This document shows positions 13,055-22,653 of a stretch of 64,000 nt of DNA, in pieces. The position numbers and the translations under genes are program-made. Origin of the DNA: Neovahlkampfia damariscottae (taxonomy: Eukaryota); assembly GCA_016618085.1 (NCBI GenBank), contig JABLTG010000106.1, positions 1 through 64,000 of the forward strand, read 5' to 3'. Each line of letters begins with the position of its first letter. Position 1 is the stretch's first letter. Below the pieces are notes generated by a model. It had not been told where the DNA came from and made no database searches. It worked only from the letters and a program-made list of their open reading frames with translations.

Positions 13055-13615
13055 GTGAGCTTAACTTCCAGTTTATTTATAATTCCATTGTTGATTTGTC
13101 CACGTCAATTTTTTCGTCCAATGCTTGTGTTGACTGAACAAACAACAAAGAAAATTTCTGAACTTTCAGAAATATGCCAAAGCTTTGAAAGAGTTTACTT
13201 ACAAACAGACAAATACAACTACCAAATACTTTACAATGAGAAGCATCCATGCATGATTTTATATTTGGGAGAACTCGATGATTTTACAGCAGTGTTCAAA
13301 TTAGATCTAGTTTTTACTGTTGAAAATGAAGTGAAATTTAATGTTGTCCGTTTTACCGTCCATCTCTATCAGGATTTAACTCATTATTTGCCTGATGAAA
13401 AGGGAAGAGGAGAAACTTTGGTAAATGTTCAGGAACTGTCTCTTTGGTGTATTAAATATCAAGAAAAAAATATGTTTTATGACCTTTCAAGTAACAACTG
13501 TCGTCGTTTCATGATTGAATTGTGTAATTATTTATCAATACCACATACATGTTCTTACTTTGAAGAAGAATACTTCCGATGGAGAAAATTGACTGAAAAA
13601 TTAAGCTCAAAGTAG
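13055..13615 (+). CDS. Putative permuted papain-fold (PPPDE/LRAT-like) protein
   Basis: HPCMILYL and YDLSSNNCRRFM; shares NVVR, ELSxWC and LCNxLxI with 12363-12974. First ATG at 13121. Confidence 0.5.
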   Translation: MSLTSSLFIIPLLICPRQFFRPMLVLTEQTTKKISELSEICQSFERVYLQTDKYNYQILYNEKHPCMILYLGELDDFTAVFKLDLVFTVENEVKFNVVRFTVHLYQDLTHYLPDEKGRGETLVNVQELSLWCIKYQEKNMFYDLSSNNCRRFMIELCNYLSIPHTCSYFEEEYFRWRKLTEKLSSK

Positions 13616-13939
13616 GAATAAACATTTCATTTTACTCAATCGGTTGTCATTAATCCATAAACTGAAATATTATGATATAAATTAATATTATAAAATGTCA
13701 GTAAAAATTACATTAATATTCACGAATACCTTAACAGTTGAAAAGAAAATACTGCTTTAAAATCAATGGTAATTCATAAATTAGATGAAAGAATTAAACA
13801 ATTGGAAGACATCAATGCTGAACTTCAAAAAAAGATTGACTTGCTTAAAAACCAGACGAAGAAAAATTGACTGGAGTAAATATGAAATGTTAAAATTAAA
13901 ATAGGTTTAAAAATTATTATATAAATTAATTATATAACA

Positions 13940-14125
13940 ATGACAAAAACATGCACATTTTGTGATAAACCAATCAGACAACCAATTGGAAATGCAAGAA
14001 AAAATGGCAGAAATCACGACGATTTGGAAGACAGAACAATGCATAAAAAGTGTTTCAAAATTCAACAAGGTAATGATGAAATGCATCGATTGTTTCTAAG
14101 ATGGGAACAAAAACAAAAATATTAA
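13940..14125 (+). CDS. Small Zn-binding hypothetical protein
   Basis: CTFC...HKKC; preceded by a GGTTTAAA promoter-like motif. Confidence 0.5.
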   Translation: MTKTCTFCDKPIRQPIGNARKNGRNHDDLEDRTMHKKCFKIQQGNDEMHRLFLRWEQKQKY

Positions 14126-14175
14126 TTTAGGTTTAAAGAAATTATTATATAAATTGATTATATAATAAATATATA

Positions 14176-14529
14176 ATGAGAGATTATATTGTAGAAGAAT
14201 TTCATAGATCAAAGAATAAATATATTGATCAAAATAAAATATGTAAATTTGTTGAATATATAAAAAAATATAAACTGTTAGATAATGGTTATTTTGAAAA
14301 GGGATTTTCGTATAATAATTATGAATTAATTTTTTTTGTTGTTGATTATTTATATGAACGTGCTTTGGGCCGATGTATTTATAAATTTAACTTACCACTA
14401 TATTTTAAAAGAATGCAAATATTTCGGTATTATAATCATCCTTCAATAAGAAATCGAGTTATAGATAGTTTAAAACATTATCATAAAATGGTATTGAGAA
14501 TCATGTTACATACCAAGAAAATAAAATAG
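14176..14529 (+). CDS. Hypothetical viral protein
   Basis: ORF preceded by GGTTTAAAGAAATTATTATATAAA. Confidence 0.5.
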   Translation: MRDYIVEEFHRSKNKYIDQNKICKFVEYIKKYKLLDNGYFEKGFSYNNYELIFFVVDYLYERALGRCIYKFNLPLYFKRMQIFRYYNHPSIRNRVIDSLKHYHKMVLRIMLHTKKIK

Positions 14530-14806
14530 ATTATAAAACAGAAGAATTTCTATCAAAAAAATACACATCGTCGTCATCTATGATAGAAGAATTTAATAAT
14601 AAAATTAATAAACTTAAAGAAGAACATGAAAAAGAATTAAAAGATTATGCATGTAGACATAAGCAAACAGAAAATGAACTACTAAATAATTCAACATCAT
14701 CACACTTCTTAATAACAAATCAAGGATATTCTAAAAAGTTAGTAGACATGTCATTTAAATTTAATTAAGGTTTAAAGAAATTATTATATAAATTGATTAT
14801 ATAACA

Positions 14807-15010
14807 ATGGAATTGGATTATTTACATACAAAGTACAATGAATTGCTTAAAAAATATGCGGATCTAAAGAAGGAAAATTCTGCTTTACATGTGCATATCA
14901 AGGTGGTTGAAGCATCAAATGATAAAATGTCTGAAATGTTACATGCATTGTTAAAATGTGAAAGAATAGAAACATTACAAAACAATAAGCTTATAAACAC
15001 TTATTATTAA
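14807..15010 (+). CDS. Small coiled-coil hypothetical protein
   Basis: ORF preceded by GGTTTAAAGAAATTATTATATAAATTGATTATATAACA. Confidence 0.5.
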   Translation: MELDYLHTKYNELLKKYADLKKENSALHVHIKVVEASNDKMSEMLHALLKCERIETLQNNKLINTYY

Positions 15011-15321
15011 TTGTTTCTCAACTGTGGTATTGTGACTGTCTCACCCATCATTTCTTCAATTATTTGACTTCTTCTTTTTTCTTTAATTTTGTTCATTACA
15101 TTCTGATCAAAAACTTCCCAATCAGTTACATCTTTGTTTGGTTCTTTTTTTGGTTGTTCAATTGACACAGGATCATCCCGCATCTCAACTGATGAGTCAC
15201 AACAGCTACTATTTTTAATATTCTGAATGGCATATGCACCAGCAACAACTAAAGGACTTAGGAAACCAGTTATTAAATTTATACCTGAAATAACCAGCAA
15301 AGCAATTTCAACACCGCTCAT
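15007..15321 (-). CDS. Small membrane protein with SSCC motif (paralog of 42554-42832)
   Basis: Hydrophobic N-terminus and PLVxAG...IxxSSCC...VE shared with 42554-42832. Confidence 0.65.
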   Translation of the reverse strand: MSGVEIALLVISGINLITGFLSPLVVAGAYAIQNIKNSSCCDSSVEMRDDPVSIEQPKKEPNKDVTDWEVFDQNVMNKIKEKRRSQIIEEMMGETVTIPQLRNN

Positions 15322-15734
15322 TTATATATTTATAATCTAAAAAAATTCCAAAAGATCAGATTTTGGCATTTTATCAAATATGTAATTTTTAAAGTCTTTA
15401 GTAAATGATCTTCCCATCAATAAAACCATATCATCAACAAACTTTTTCTTTTTTTCATTTGTTAATTTAGACATAATGATAACATAAAATTAAATAAGTT
15501 GTTTAAATTAACCGTTTTATAGTCTGCATAGTAAGATAAAACACTAATATATTCCATATATATATTAATACTTGATTTTATAATCTTTAAAATTATCTGG
15601 TGTTTTTCCAACATAATACTTTTGTGTCAAATTATCTTCTTCATCTTCATTCCCACCATCCTTTACATCCATTAAAAGAAACTGATACTTTACTTTTGTA
15701 CTAGTTCTTAAATATTTCTTTGCTTTTTTCAATG

Positions 15735-17169
15735 TTTTGGTAAATGTAAAAAATTAAATGTCAATAGAATTATTCCAAGTTGTGTAACACCAATTAAACA
15801 CAATAAAATTGAAATTAAAGATGAATTTGATTTGAAACAATTTAATGTATTGCAAAATAAAACACTTGTTAGAGCAAATTTAGCAGGTTCAAGAAAAACA
15901 ACAAATGTTATTAAATACTTTCAATCAATTAATAAAAAGGTACTTGGAGTTACACCATTTAATGTTCAAGCTATTGACATGAAAATCCAACATAAAATTG
16001 ACGCAATCACATTTTTCAACTTAGTTGGTATTGTATATGGTAAAGAATTGAAATATAAAAAACCATTTGATGTTAGCAAATATGATGTAATTTTGATTGA
16101 TGAAATTTATAGTTTGGACATTAATTGTTTGTGGAATTTAAACAAAATTATGAAAGAACATGAAGATAAAATATTTATTGCAAATGGTGATATTTATCAA
16201 TTGGGACCGATTAATGATGTTGAAGATAAATCAATTTACAACAAAATTATTGAAAATATGTTTTATAATCATTTACAATTACGTAGAAGCAGAAAAATTA
16301 CAGATAAAACACAAATTAAAAAAATGAAAGAATTGAAAGAATTTATTTTCACACAATTTGATGTTTTACCAAGAATTGAATTTGTTAATCAATTGAAAAC
16401 AAAATTTGGAATTAAAATTAATAAGCAACAACCATTAAAGAGTTCAATAAACATTACTTACTTGAATGAAACTGCAGAAATAATTTGTAAGAAAGTTTTA
16501 GCCACTATAAAACGTAAATCTGTTCAATGTAACAATTTTAAATGGTGTGAAGATATAAATTGTTTTGTTAAAAATAGATTTAATATTAATAAATACTGGT
16601 TTCAAACAAATTTCACTTATAGAATTGTTAAATTAGATAAAAATAATGCTTTACTCAAAGATGTATTAACAAATGAAAAAATCTCAGTTGGAATTGATCT
16701 ATTAGATAAGAATTTCAGACCATCATTTGCATTTACTGGTCATAGTGTTCAAGGAGCTACTTTTAACAAACCAGTTAATGTTTTTAATATTATGTTCAAA
16801 CATATGGATGCTAATTGGTTTTGGGTCGCAATTACAAGATGCACAAATTTAGATAAGGTAAATATTATTACAACAAAAATTACAGGATTGAAAAATTATA
16901 AACTTCAAATGATGATTAACGGATACAAGAAGCAAGATAAAGAAGCTGGTAGAGATTTTATTGAAAGTGAATTTATTGATGCTTCAGATATTGAAAAATT
17001 ATTTGTTCAACAAAAAGCTAGATGTGCATTATGTGATAATGTTATGAACATGCAACACAAAGAAAAGGATTACAATAACATTAGTGTTGATCGTATTGAT
17101 AATGATTTACCTCATTTAAAATGTAACTGCCAACTTAGTTGTTTAGGTTGCAATCGTGCAAAAAAATAA
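15735..17169 (+). pseudogene. 5'-truncated SF1 helicase + HNH domain (paralog of the C-terminal half of 23685-27368)
   Basis: ANLAGSRKTT (altered Walker A), ILIDEIY, GDIYQL, TGHSVQGAT, WVAITR and CALC...SVDR...HLKCNCQLSCLGCN. Homology extends upstream of 15832 with no ATG. Confidence 0.8.
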
Positions 17170-17227
17170 ATATAAAATTAATTTAAAAAAAATAATATAT
17201 AAATTTAATATATTAATTTAATATAAG

Positions 17228-17674
17228 ATGGAAAAGTATAAATTACATTGTGAAAAAAATGATGATATTAATTGTAGTGTAAGAAACGGTAATTTAATTT
17301 ATTTTGCGAATTCTGTACTTCAACAGAAAGAATTAAATACTAAAGAAAGGATCATACTATATTATTATTGTGTAAATAAGTGTGCATCTATGGTCAAAAA
17401 AAATCGAAGTATTAAATATGTAATTGAATATTTATGTAAAGAATGGGATTGGGATGATTTATTTGAAAGTGATAATGAATTAGTAACTGAAGAATTAAGA
17501 GAAATCAATAGTATCGTTTGTTCATCTAGACCATGTATAATGTATAACAATCATTACGATAATCTAACTTCTAGTCAATACTGGGAATTAATGAGAGGGT
17601 ATGATATCTCTTTTTATGCTAATATTCAGCCGTATTTGAAAGAGTCAAAAAAATATAAAATAATTTGTAATTAA
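17228..17674 (+). CDS. Hypothetical viral protein
   Basis: 148-aa ORF with AT-rich TATAAG-ATG context. Confidence 0.5.
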   Translation: MEKYKLHCEKNDDINCSVRNGNLIYFANSVLQQKELNTKERIILYYYCVNKCASMVKKNRSIKYVIEYLCKEWDWDDLFESDNELVTEELREINSIVCSSRPCIMYNNHYDNLTSSQYWELMRGYDISFYANIQPYLKESKKYKIICN

Positions 17675-17798
17675 ATCAAAAATTATTTTCTCAATATAAG
17701 ATGTATAGAAATATACCATAAATAAAAAAGAAATTTGGTTTTTGAGTTTGATTTGGTTTCTTTTTGTTTACTTTTTGTGGATGTTTTTTTGTTGTCAT

Positions 17799-17960
17799 AA
17801 AAAGGTACATATGTACCCTTTTACGAGATCTGCTGCTGAAAACTAACTAACTAGTGCGCACTTAGTTAGTGAGGAGGTTGGAACCCTCCCCTCGTGGTAC
17901 TATGGAACATGTAAATAGTACCAAAAAAATTATCATTGAATGATCATGGAATGATTTTTC
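17799..17960. other. Cluster of hairpins in an ORF-free interval (candidate structured RNA or origin)
   Basis: aaaggtacatatgtaccctt; actaactaa...ttagttagt; acgag...ctcgt; tggtactat...atagtacca. Confidence 0.5.
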
Positions 17961-18008
17961 AAATTTATAAGGTTTAAAGAAATTATTATATATAATTATT
18001 ATATAACA

Positions 18009-18236
18009 ATGCCAAAAATATTATGCCACATTAGCACTACACAACAATATAATGAACATACAAAACAATATCATCAAAATTACTATTTAGAGAACAAACA
18101 AAGAATAATTACTGCGATGTCTGAAAAAACACATTGCCCATATTGTGATACACAAATTACTAAATGCAAATTTGATAGACATCTTAGAACAGCTAAACAC
18201 CAAAGAAATGTTGCAGATTTTGGGGAAATTCATTAA
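18009..18236 (+). CDS. Small C2H2-type zinc finger protein (paralog of 21210-21443)
   Basis: CPYCDTQITKCKFDRHLRTAKHQRN. Confidence 0.7.
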   Translation: MPKILCHISTTQQYNEHTKQYHQNYYLENKQRIITAMSEKTHCPYCDTQITKCKFDRHLRTAKHQRNVADFGEIH

Positions 18237-18272
18237 ATTTTTACATAATGTTGTTTACAGAAAACAATATTA

Positions 18273-18563
18273 TTATTCAATAGGGTATTTACATGCAAGT
18301 TCTTCATAGAATTCTTTATTTTCTTCATAATCTTCTTGTAAAATTCTGTCGAGTTCACCGTTATCTTCATCAAATTCATCTTCTACACTATAATATGTGT
18401 TATCTCTTTTTGATTGCATAATTTCTAATTCGATTTTAGAATGTGTTTCAATAGGCTTGAAGTTTATATTTATTTTGTAATTATCGATATTTCTTTTTTT
18501 TATAATTTCTTCTTCTGTTTGTGCAATAAATTGATCTATTTCGGTGTAATCTGTATCATCCAT
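18273..18563 (-). CDS. Acidic hypothetical protein (paralog of the 27563-27982 C-terminus)
   Basis: PIE...IELE...KRD..YYSVEDEFDED.GE..RIL...YEEN.EFY.EL..KY is shared. Confidence 0.65.
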   Translation of the reverse strand: MDDTDYTEIDQFIAQTEEEIIKKRNIDNYKININFKPIETHSKIELEIMQSKRDNTYYSVEDEFDEDNGELDRILQEDYEENKEFYEELACKYPIE

Positions 18564-18582
18564 TTTTTTATACTCTTCTTCG

Positions 18583-19047
18583 CTACACTCTTTTAATTTT
18601 GCTTTTATTTAATTTTGCAAATTTATTATTAATTATAACGATAAATTCTTTTTCTTCATCAGTCAGTTCCTCTTCATTACTATTCGTTACAACTTTTAAT
18701 GTTTCAATAAAATTATAATCTGGTGGTGTTTCTAGCCAATAATATTTTATTTCATCTGTTTCCCCTTCTCGATATTCAAATTTAGGAGGGGGTAGACTAT
18801 AAATATATTCTTTAATATGATCATAATTTGTCAATGCTGTTGTACCAAATAATGGTCCATAATCACATCCAAGTTCTTCAATAATATATTTAACTGCTTC
18901 CAAATTTCCTTTACTTGCAAATATTCTTAAATATGCACTATTATTTAGATTAACATCACCTCCAAGTTCAACTATTACCTTGAATAATTCTAAGTCATTT
19001 CTATATGCAATATTTTCCATAGGATAGCCATCATCATAATTAATATC
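18583..19047 (-). pseudogene. Ankyrin-repeat gene, 3' part (split by the inner element)
   Basis: LFKVIVELGGDVN and ASKGNLEAVKYIIEELGCD; joins in frame with 43843-43974. Confidence 0.85.
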
Positions 19048-19411
19048 AGCAGCATAAAGTACATGGCAAACTAATTCATCAAGGACCCCTTACGGGGATG
19101 AATTTCCTGACGGAGCGTTGCCATGTACTTTATGCTGCTAAGGGAAATCGATTTCAAAAATAACTGTTATACATGTAAAAAATGCAAAAAGAACAACTTT
19201 TTTTGGTACTTTTTGCACTTTCAAAATGATAAAATATTGGAAAAGGGTAAATAAAATATTTTAAAAAGAACAAGTGTAAAGTTCTCTCTTTTCATATCAC
19301 ATAAATTATGGTCCGTTTTTTCGGTTCAACCTTTTTCTCAATATATTATATTTATATTTTTTCAAAATATTTTTTTTCTTTTTTTACGGAACACTTTTTA
19401 TGGAATACGTT
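19048..19411 (+). repeat. Left TIR of inner element, including the 92-bp terminal hairpin (19048-19139)
   Basis: Imperfect reverse complement of 43514-43842; perfect 22-bp stem 19048-19069 / 19118-19139. Confidence 0.9.
19299..19403. repeat. Palindromic TCCG/CGGA module 1 (in left TIR)
   Basis: TCCG 19312 to CGGA 19390, 79-bp span. Confidence 0.8.
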
Positions 19412-19446
19412 TGAAAGAACAAATATAAAATCTCCCACAACATTAA

Positions 19447-19749
19447 ATGAGTGATTATAAATATTATACAATAGAAACTAACAAAAATCAACCTTTTGAT
19501 ACATCCAGAGTTTTTAAACCAGATCCAATATCGTATTTTGTTCAAACAAATAACAACATGATAACTCCAAATCAATTGAAAGTATTAGAAGACATACCAA
19601 AATCTGCTTTTATCATATCAAAAGAAGAACGAATTGGACCGTTTTTTTGTAATTATCAGATGGAGAAACTTTCTGTTAAAAATCCTGAGAAAATATTTGA
19701 CTACATTTTTAAACAAAGGGTGTGTTTCAATAAACGTAAGTTGGCTTAA
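19447..19749 (+). CDS. Hypothetical viral protein
   Basis: 100-aa ORF preceded by AAAATCT motif. Confidence 0.5.
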   Translation: MSDYKYYTIETNKNQPFDTSRVFKPDPISYFVQTNNNMITPNQLKVLEDIPKSAFIISKEERIGPFFCNYQMEKLSVKNPEKIFDYIFKQRVCFNKRKLA

Positions 19750-19758
19750 ATGGAGTTT

Positions 19759-20124
19759 TTATTGATAAATATCAGTGAATCCGTCATGTTTTTTTTCTAA
19801 CCAAAACACTAATACCCAAGCAAATAATGTAAAACCATCATGAAGTTGCCATAAATCACCTTGATTTTGAATAGTGGTTTTTAATTCTTTGATTGTGATT
19901 CCTTGAGCATTCCAACCGTAGTTGTCATACGCACCGTGTTCAAATGCTTCTAAAACTTGAAAGAAATCTGTAGGAAACCCATTTTCATGATATGTGGTAA
20001 TATAACGACGAAGTTCGTCTGTATTCACTGTTTTCATGGTGAAATTAGTTGTCAAATTCCATTGGACAAAGAACATCCAATAAAAATGTTTCCAATATGC
20101 TTTTGGACAAGAGAAATTTTCCAA
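19759..20124 (-). CDS. Hypothetical viral protein
   Basis: 121-aa ORF; start uncertain. Confidence 0.45.
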   Translation of the reverse strand: MENFSCPKAYWKHFYWMFFVQWNLTTNFTMKTVNTDELRRYITTYHENGFPTDFFQVLEAFEHGAYDNYGWNAQGITIKELKTTIQNQGDLWQLHDGFTLFAWVLVFWLEKKHDGFTDIYQ

Positions 20125-20168
20125 ATGCGTTTAAATAAAATTTTATTTTTATATAATAACCTTATAAA

Positions 20169-20429
20169 ATGTCAAGAAAAAAAACCAAACCAGCAGCTGA
20201 ACAACATAATGAAGCACAACCAGAACAACCAGAACAACCACAACCTGATGTAAATGATGATATTAGACAAATCAGTCGATCAATCAAAGAATTCCAAAAT
20301 GAAATCAAAGAATTAAGAAACAAGATTGATGATTATAGATCTGTTCAAAAATGTTTAGAAAATGAAGATCTTGATGAAACTGTCAAACAATCTATTTTGG
20401 TATCACATCGAAACAAATATCCAAATTAA
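20169..20429 (+). CDS. Small coiled-coil protein with EQP repeats
   Basis: QPEQPEQPQP followed by a heptad region. Confidence 0.55.
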   Translation: MSRKKTKPAAEQHNEAQPEQPEQPQPDVNDDIRQISRSIKEFQNEIKELRNKIDDYRSVQKCLENEDLDETVKQSILVSHRNKYPN

Positions 20430-20447
20430 AATCTAAATTAATAATAT

Positions 20448-20600
20448 ATGAATAAAAAACCAACAGCTTTGAAAATTAGAAGAAAGCCATTAAAACCATA
20501 TTGTGGAGCAAAGCCACTAAAGAAGGGACAAAGGGAAGGAACAAATGAGGAATGTTCTAAAAAAGGTCAAATTAGATTATGGGGTAAGAAAACAAAATAA
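20448..20600 (+). CDS. 50-aa basic protein (not in ORF track)
   Basis: MNKKPTALKIRRKPLKPYCGAKPLKKGQREGTNEECSKKGQIRLWGKKTK*; preceded by AAAATCT motif. Confidence 0.6.
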   Translation: MNKKPTALKIRRKPLKPYCGAKPLKKGQREGTNEECSKKGQIRLWGKKTK

Positions 20601-20617
20601 TTATCTCAAGTAAGTAT

Positions 20618-20858
20618 ATAGAAATTGAAGAAACTAGTAACTTGCTAGTAATCATGTAGGAAACATGATGATAAAGAATTCCACTCTCCTTATTCCAAAT
20701 AAGGGTTACATTGGTTCTTGACTTCAATTTCTATTTTAAAAACAAGAAAGATACAAATTGTATCTTTCTTATCAACACAAAAGGAGGTGCCTCAGATTTT
20801 TAATCTGTAATTGCCTGTATTTGGTTTTGATAATTATCATTTCAATTAAAATGATAAT
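20618..20858 (+). ncRNA. Candidate structured non-coding RNA
   Basis: 13-bp closing stem 20618-20630 / 20722-20734 with three internal arms, then a 12-bp hairpin at 20744-20770 and further stems; late-promoter-like motif upstream; no ORF. Confidence 0.45.
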
Positions 20859-20866
20859 CGATAGAT

Positions 20867-21167
20867 TTAAACTTGAAGAAGTTTTTTTAAATGTGTTTTG
20901 CATTCTATTAAAAGACCACTAACTAATTCTTTCATGTCATTCAGATGATTTGGATCTTCTTCACATTCTTGTTTGAATTTTTGTTCATCAGTTAATGATT
21001 TTAATGTCATTTCATTTAACGTCAAAATTTTAGCAGTTTCCGTCAATGCTTCTTTGCTGTTATCTTTTACAATAATTAGTGTTACATCAAATAAAGCAAT
21101 CACTTGCATCATATCATTAACTAAGTTTTGTCTTTCAATTTCTAAATTTTTGTAATAGCCACACATT
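20867..21167 (-). CDS. Hypothetical helical viral protein
   Basis: ORF 20867-21226; ATG (MCGYY, approximate) lies downstream of a TGGTTTAAAGAAA motif. Confidence 0.5.
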
Positions 21168-21209
21168 GTTATTATAATATATATTCTATTTATTTCTTTA
21201 AACCAATAT

Positions 21210-21443
21210 TTATACCAATTCAACATTTACAACATTTTCATTATTTTGTGCATTTTGTTGATGACGATTAGATGTACAGTGTCGTTTATATCTGCATTTG
21301 GGCACATCAATGTGACAATGTGGACAGAACACCGGTTGCAACATTTGAGCTTGCATACGTTCTTTGTTTCTTTGATAATATTCCGCATTATATCTTTTGT
21401 AATATTCTTTTCTTTCTTCTGGTGTTAAATTTAATTTCTTCAT
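21210..21443 (-). CDS. Small C2H2-type zinc finger protein
   Basis: CPHCHIDVPKCRYKRHCTSNRHQQN. Confidence 0.7.
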   Translation of the reverse strand: MKKLNLTPEERKEYYKRYNAEYYQRNKERMQAQMLQPVFCPHCHIDVPKCRYKRHCTSNRHQQNAQNNENVVNVELV

Positions 21444-21484
21444 TTGTATATATTCATTTATTAATATTTATTTATATCATTGTT

Positions 21485-21589
21485 CCATAAAATGTGTTCC
21501 GTAAAAAATGTAAATAAACTTTTTCAAATAATGAAAATATCTGAAAATAAAAAAATAATTAATTGAAAATTACGGACCATATTTCATGG
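21485..21589. repeat. Palindromic TCCG/CGGA module 2
   Basis: TCCG 21498 to CGGA 21576, 79 bp. Confidence 0.85.
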
Positions 21590-21595
21590 AAATAA

Positions 21596-22042
21596 TTAAT
21601 TCAAATCCTTCAATGTTTTAATAATATTCAAACATATTTCATAATGATTAGCATCACATTTACACCAAAAATCATTATCACCCTTTAATCTATTAATTTC
21701 ATCGTCTGTAATACTTTCAACCTTTCTATCATTCCATTGACAATATTCATCAATTTTACATTTTAAATCGTAAGAAACGCATACTGTTGATGATAAATTT
21801 CTTGTAAACTTTGAAATATCAATTAATTTATATTTTTCATACTTTTGGTAACGTAATTGGTCCAATTCTTTAATTGCTTTAACAAATGACCTCACTCTAC
21901 AAAATTCATTAAATAAACATTGTGTAATTCCTTTTTCACAACATAATTCGAACAACTCTTGTGTCATATCATTGTTAAATATGTATTCAAAGATTGCATA
22001 AAGATTTTGAGTTGAAACTGGTTTATTGAATAATTCTTCCAT
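21596..22042 (-). CDS. Hypothetical viral protein
   Basis: 148-aa ORF flanked on both sides by palindromic modules. Confidence 0.55.
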   Translation of the reverse strand: MEELFNKPVSTQNLYAIFEYIFNNDMTQELFELCCEKGITQCLFNEFCRVRSFVKAIKELDQLRYQKYEKYKLIDISKFTRNLSSTVCVSYDLKCKIDEYCQWNDRKVESITDDEINRLKGDNDFWCKCDANHYEICLNIIKTLKDLN

Positions 22043-22086
22043 TATACAATAATATTATAAAATAAATATCACAAATTAAACACATT

Positions 22087-22191
22087 CCATAAATAGTTGT
22101 CCGTTAATTTTGTAAAAAAACTTTTTCAAATAAGTAAAATATCTGAAAATAAAAAAATAATTTTGTAAAAAATACGGACAATAATTCATGT
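22087..22191. repeat. Palindromic TCCG/CGGA module 3
   Basis: TCCG 22100 to CGGA 22178, 79 bp. Confidence 0.85.
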
Positions 22192-22614
22192 TAACTTTAT
22201 CATTGTATTACGTAATTCAATACATTCCTTAACTTTTTCTAAAAATCCATTATATTTAAATTCTTTCATCCATTTAATAAAATCATTCTTATCACAGAAG
22301 AATGACCATCTAGTTAAATCATTTGGCCTATCATAAAACAATGCCAAATTACTACAACTTGCATAAACTTTCAAATAAGAACACTCACGCATCTCTTCAT
22401 ACCTAATAAACATATCATCATACGGAATGTAACCATTACAAAGATAACGGCGGCCATAAATAAATGGGTCCGATTGATATGGTTCCTCCATATATCCAAC
22501 TATCCCATCAAATTTCTTTCGTTTCAAACTCAATTCATAATAGCTGATCTCACTTCTCCAAGGTAAAATCACGTGCATCACAACATCTTCCGGTATGTCA
22601 CTAAATTCAACCAT
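22186..22614 (-). CDS. Putative F-box protein
   Basis: N-terminal FSDIPEDVVMHVILPW matches the F-box start pattern. Confidence 0.5.
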   Translation of the reverse strand: MVEFSDIPEDVVMHVILPWRSEISYYELSLKRKKFDGIVGYMEEPYQSDPFIYGRRYLCNGYIPYDDMFIRYEEMRECSYLKVYASCSNLALFYDRPNDLTRWSFFCDKNDFIKWMKEFKYNGFLEKVKECIELRNTMIKLT

Positions 22615-22653
22615 TTATAGTTATTATTGATTATTTTTCTTTAAACCAATAAT

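Noticed and set aside
19048..19139. Terminal hairpin as a hammerhead ribozyme, retron ncRNA or Fanzor/TnpB guide RNA
   Set aside because: No complete CUGANGA/GAAA core, no reverse transcriptase or RuvC ORF seen, and exact TSD-flanked positions identify it as an element end.
20618..20734. Cloverleaf as a tRNA
   Set aside because: Stem lengths are wrong, and there is no TTC-type T-loop or 7-nt anticodon arm.
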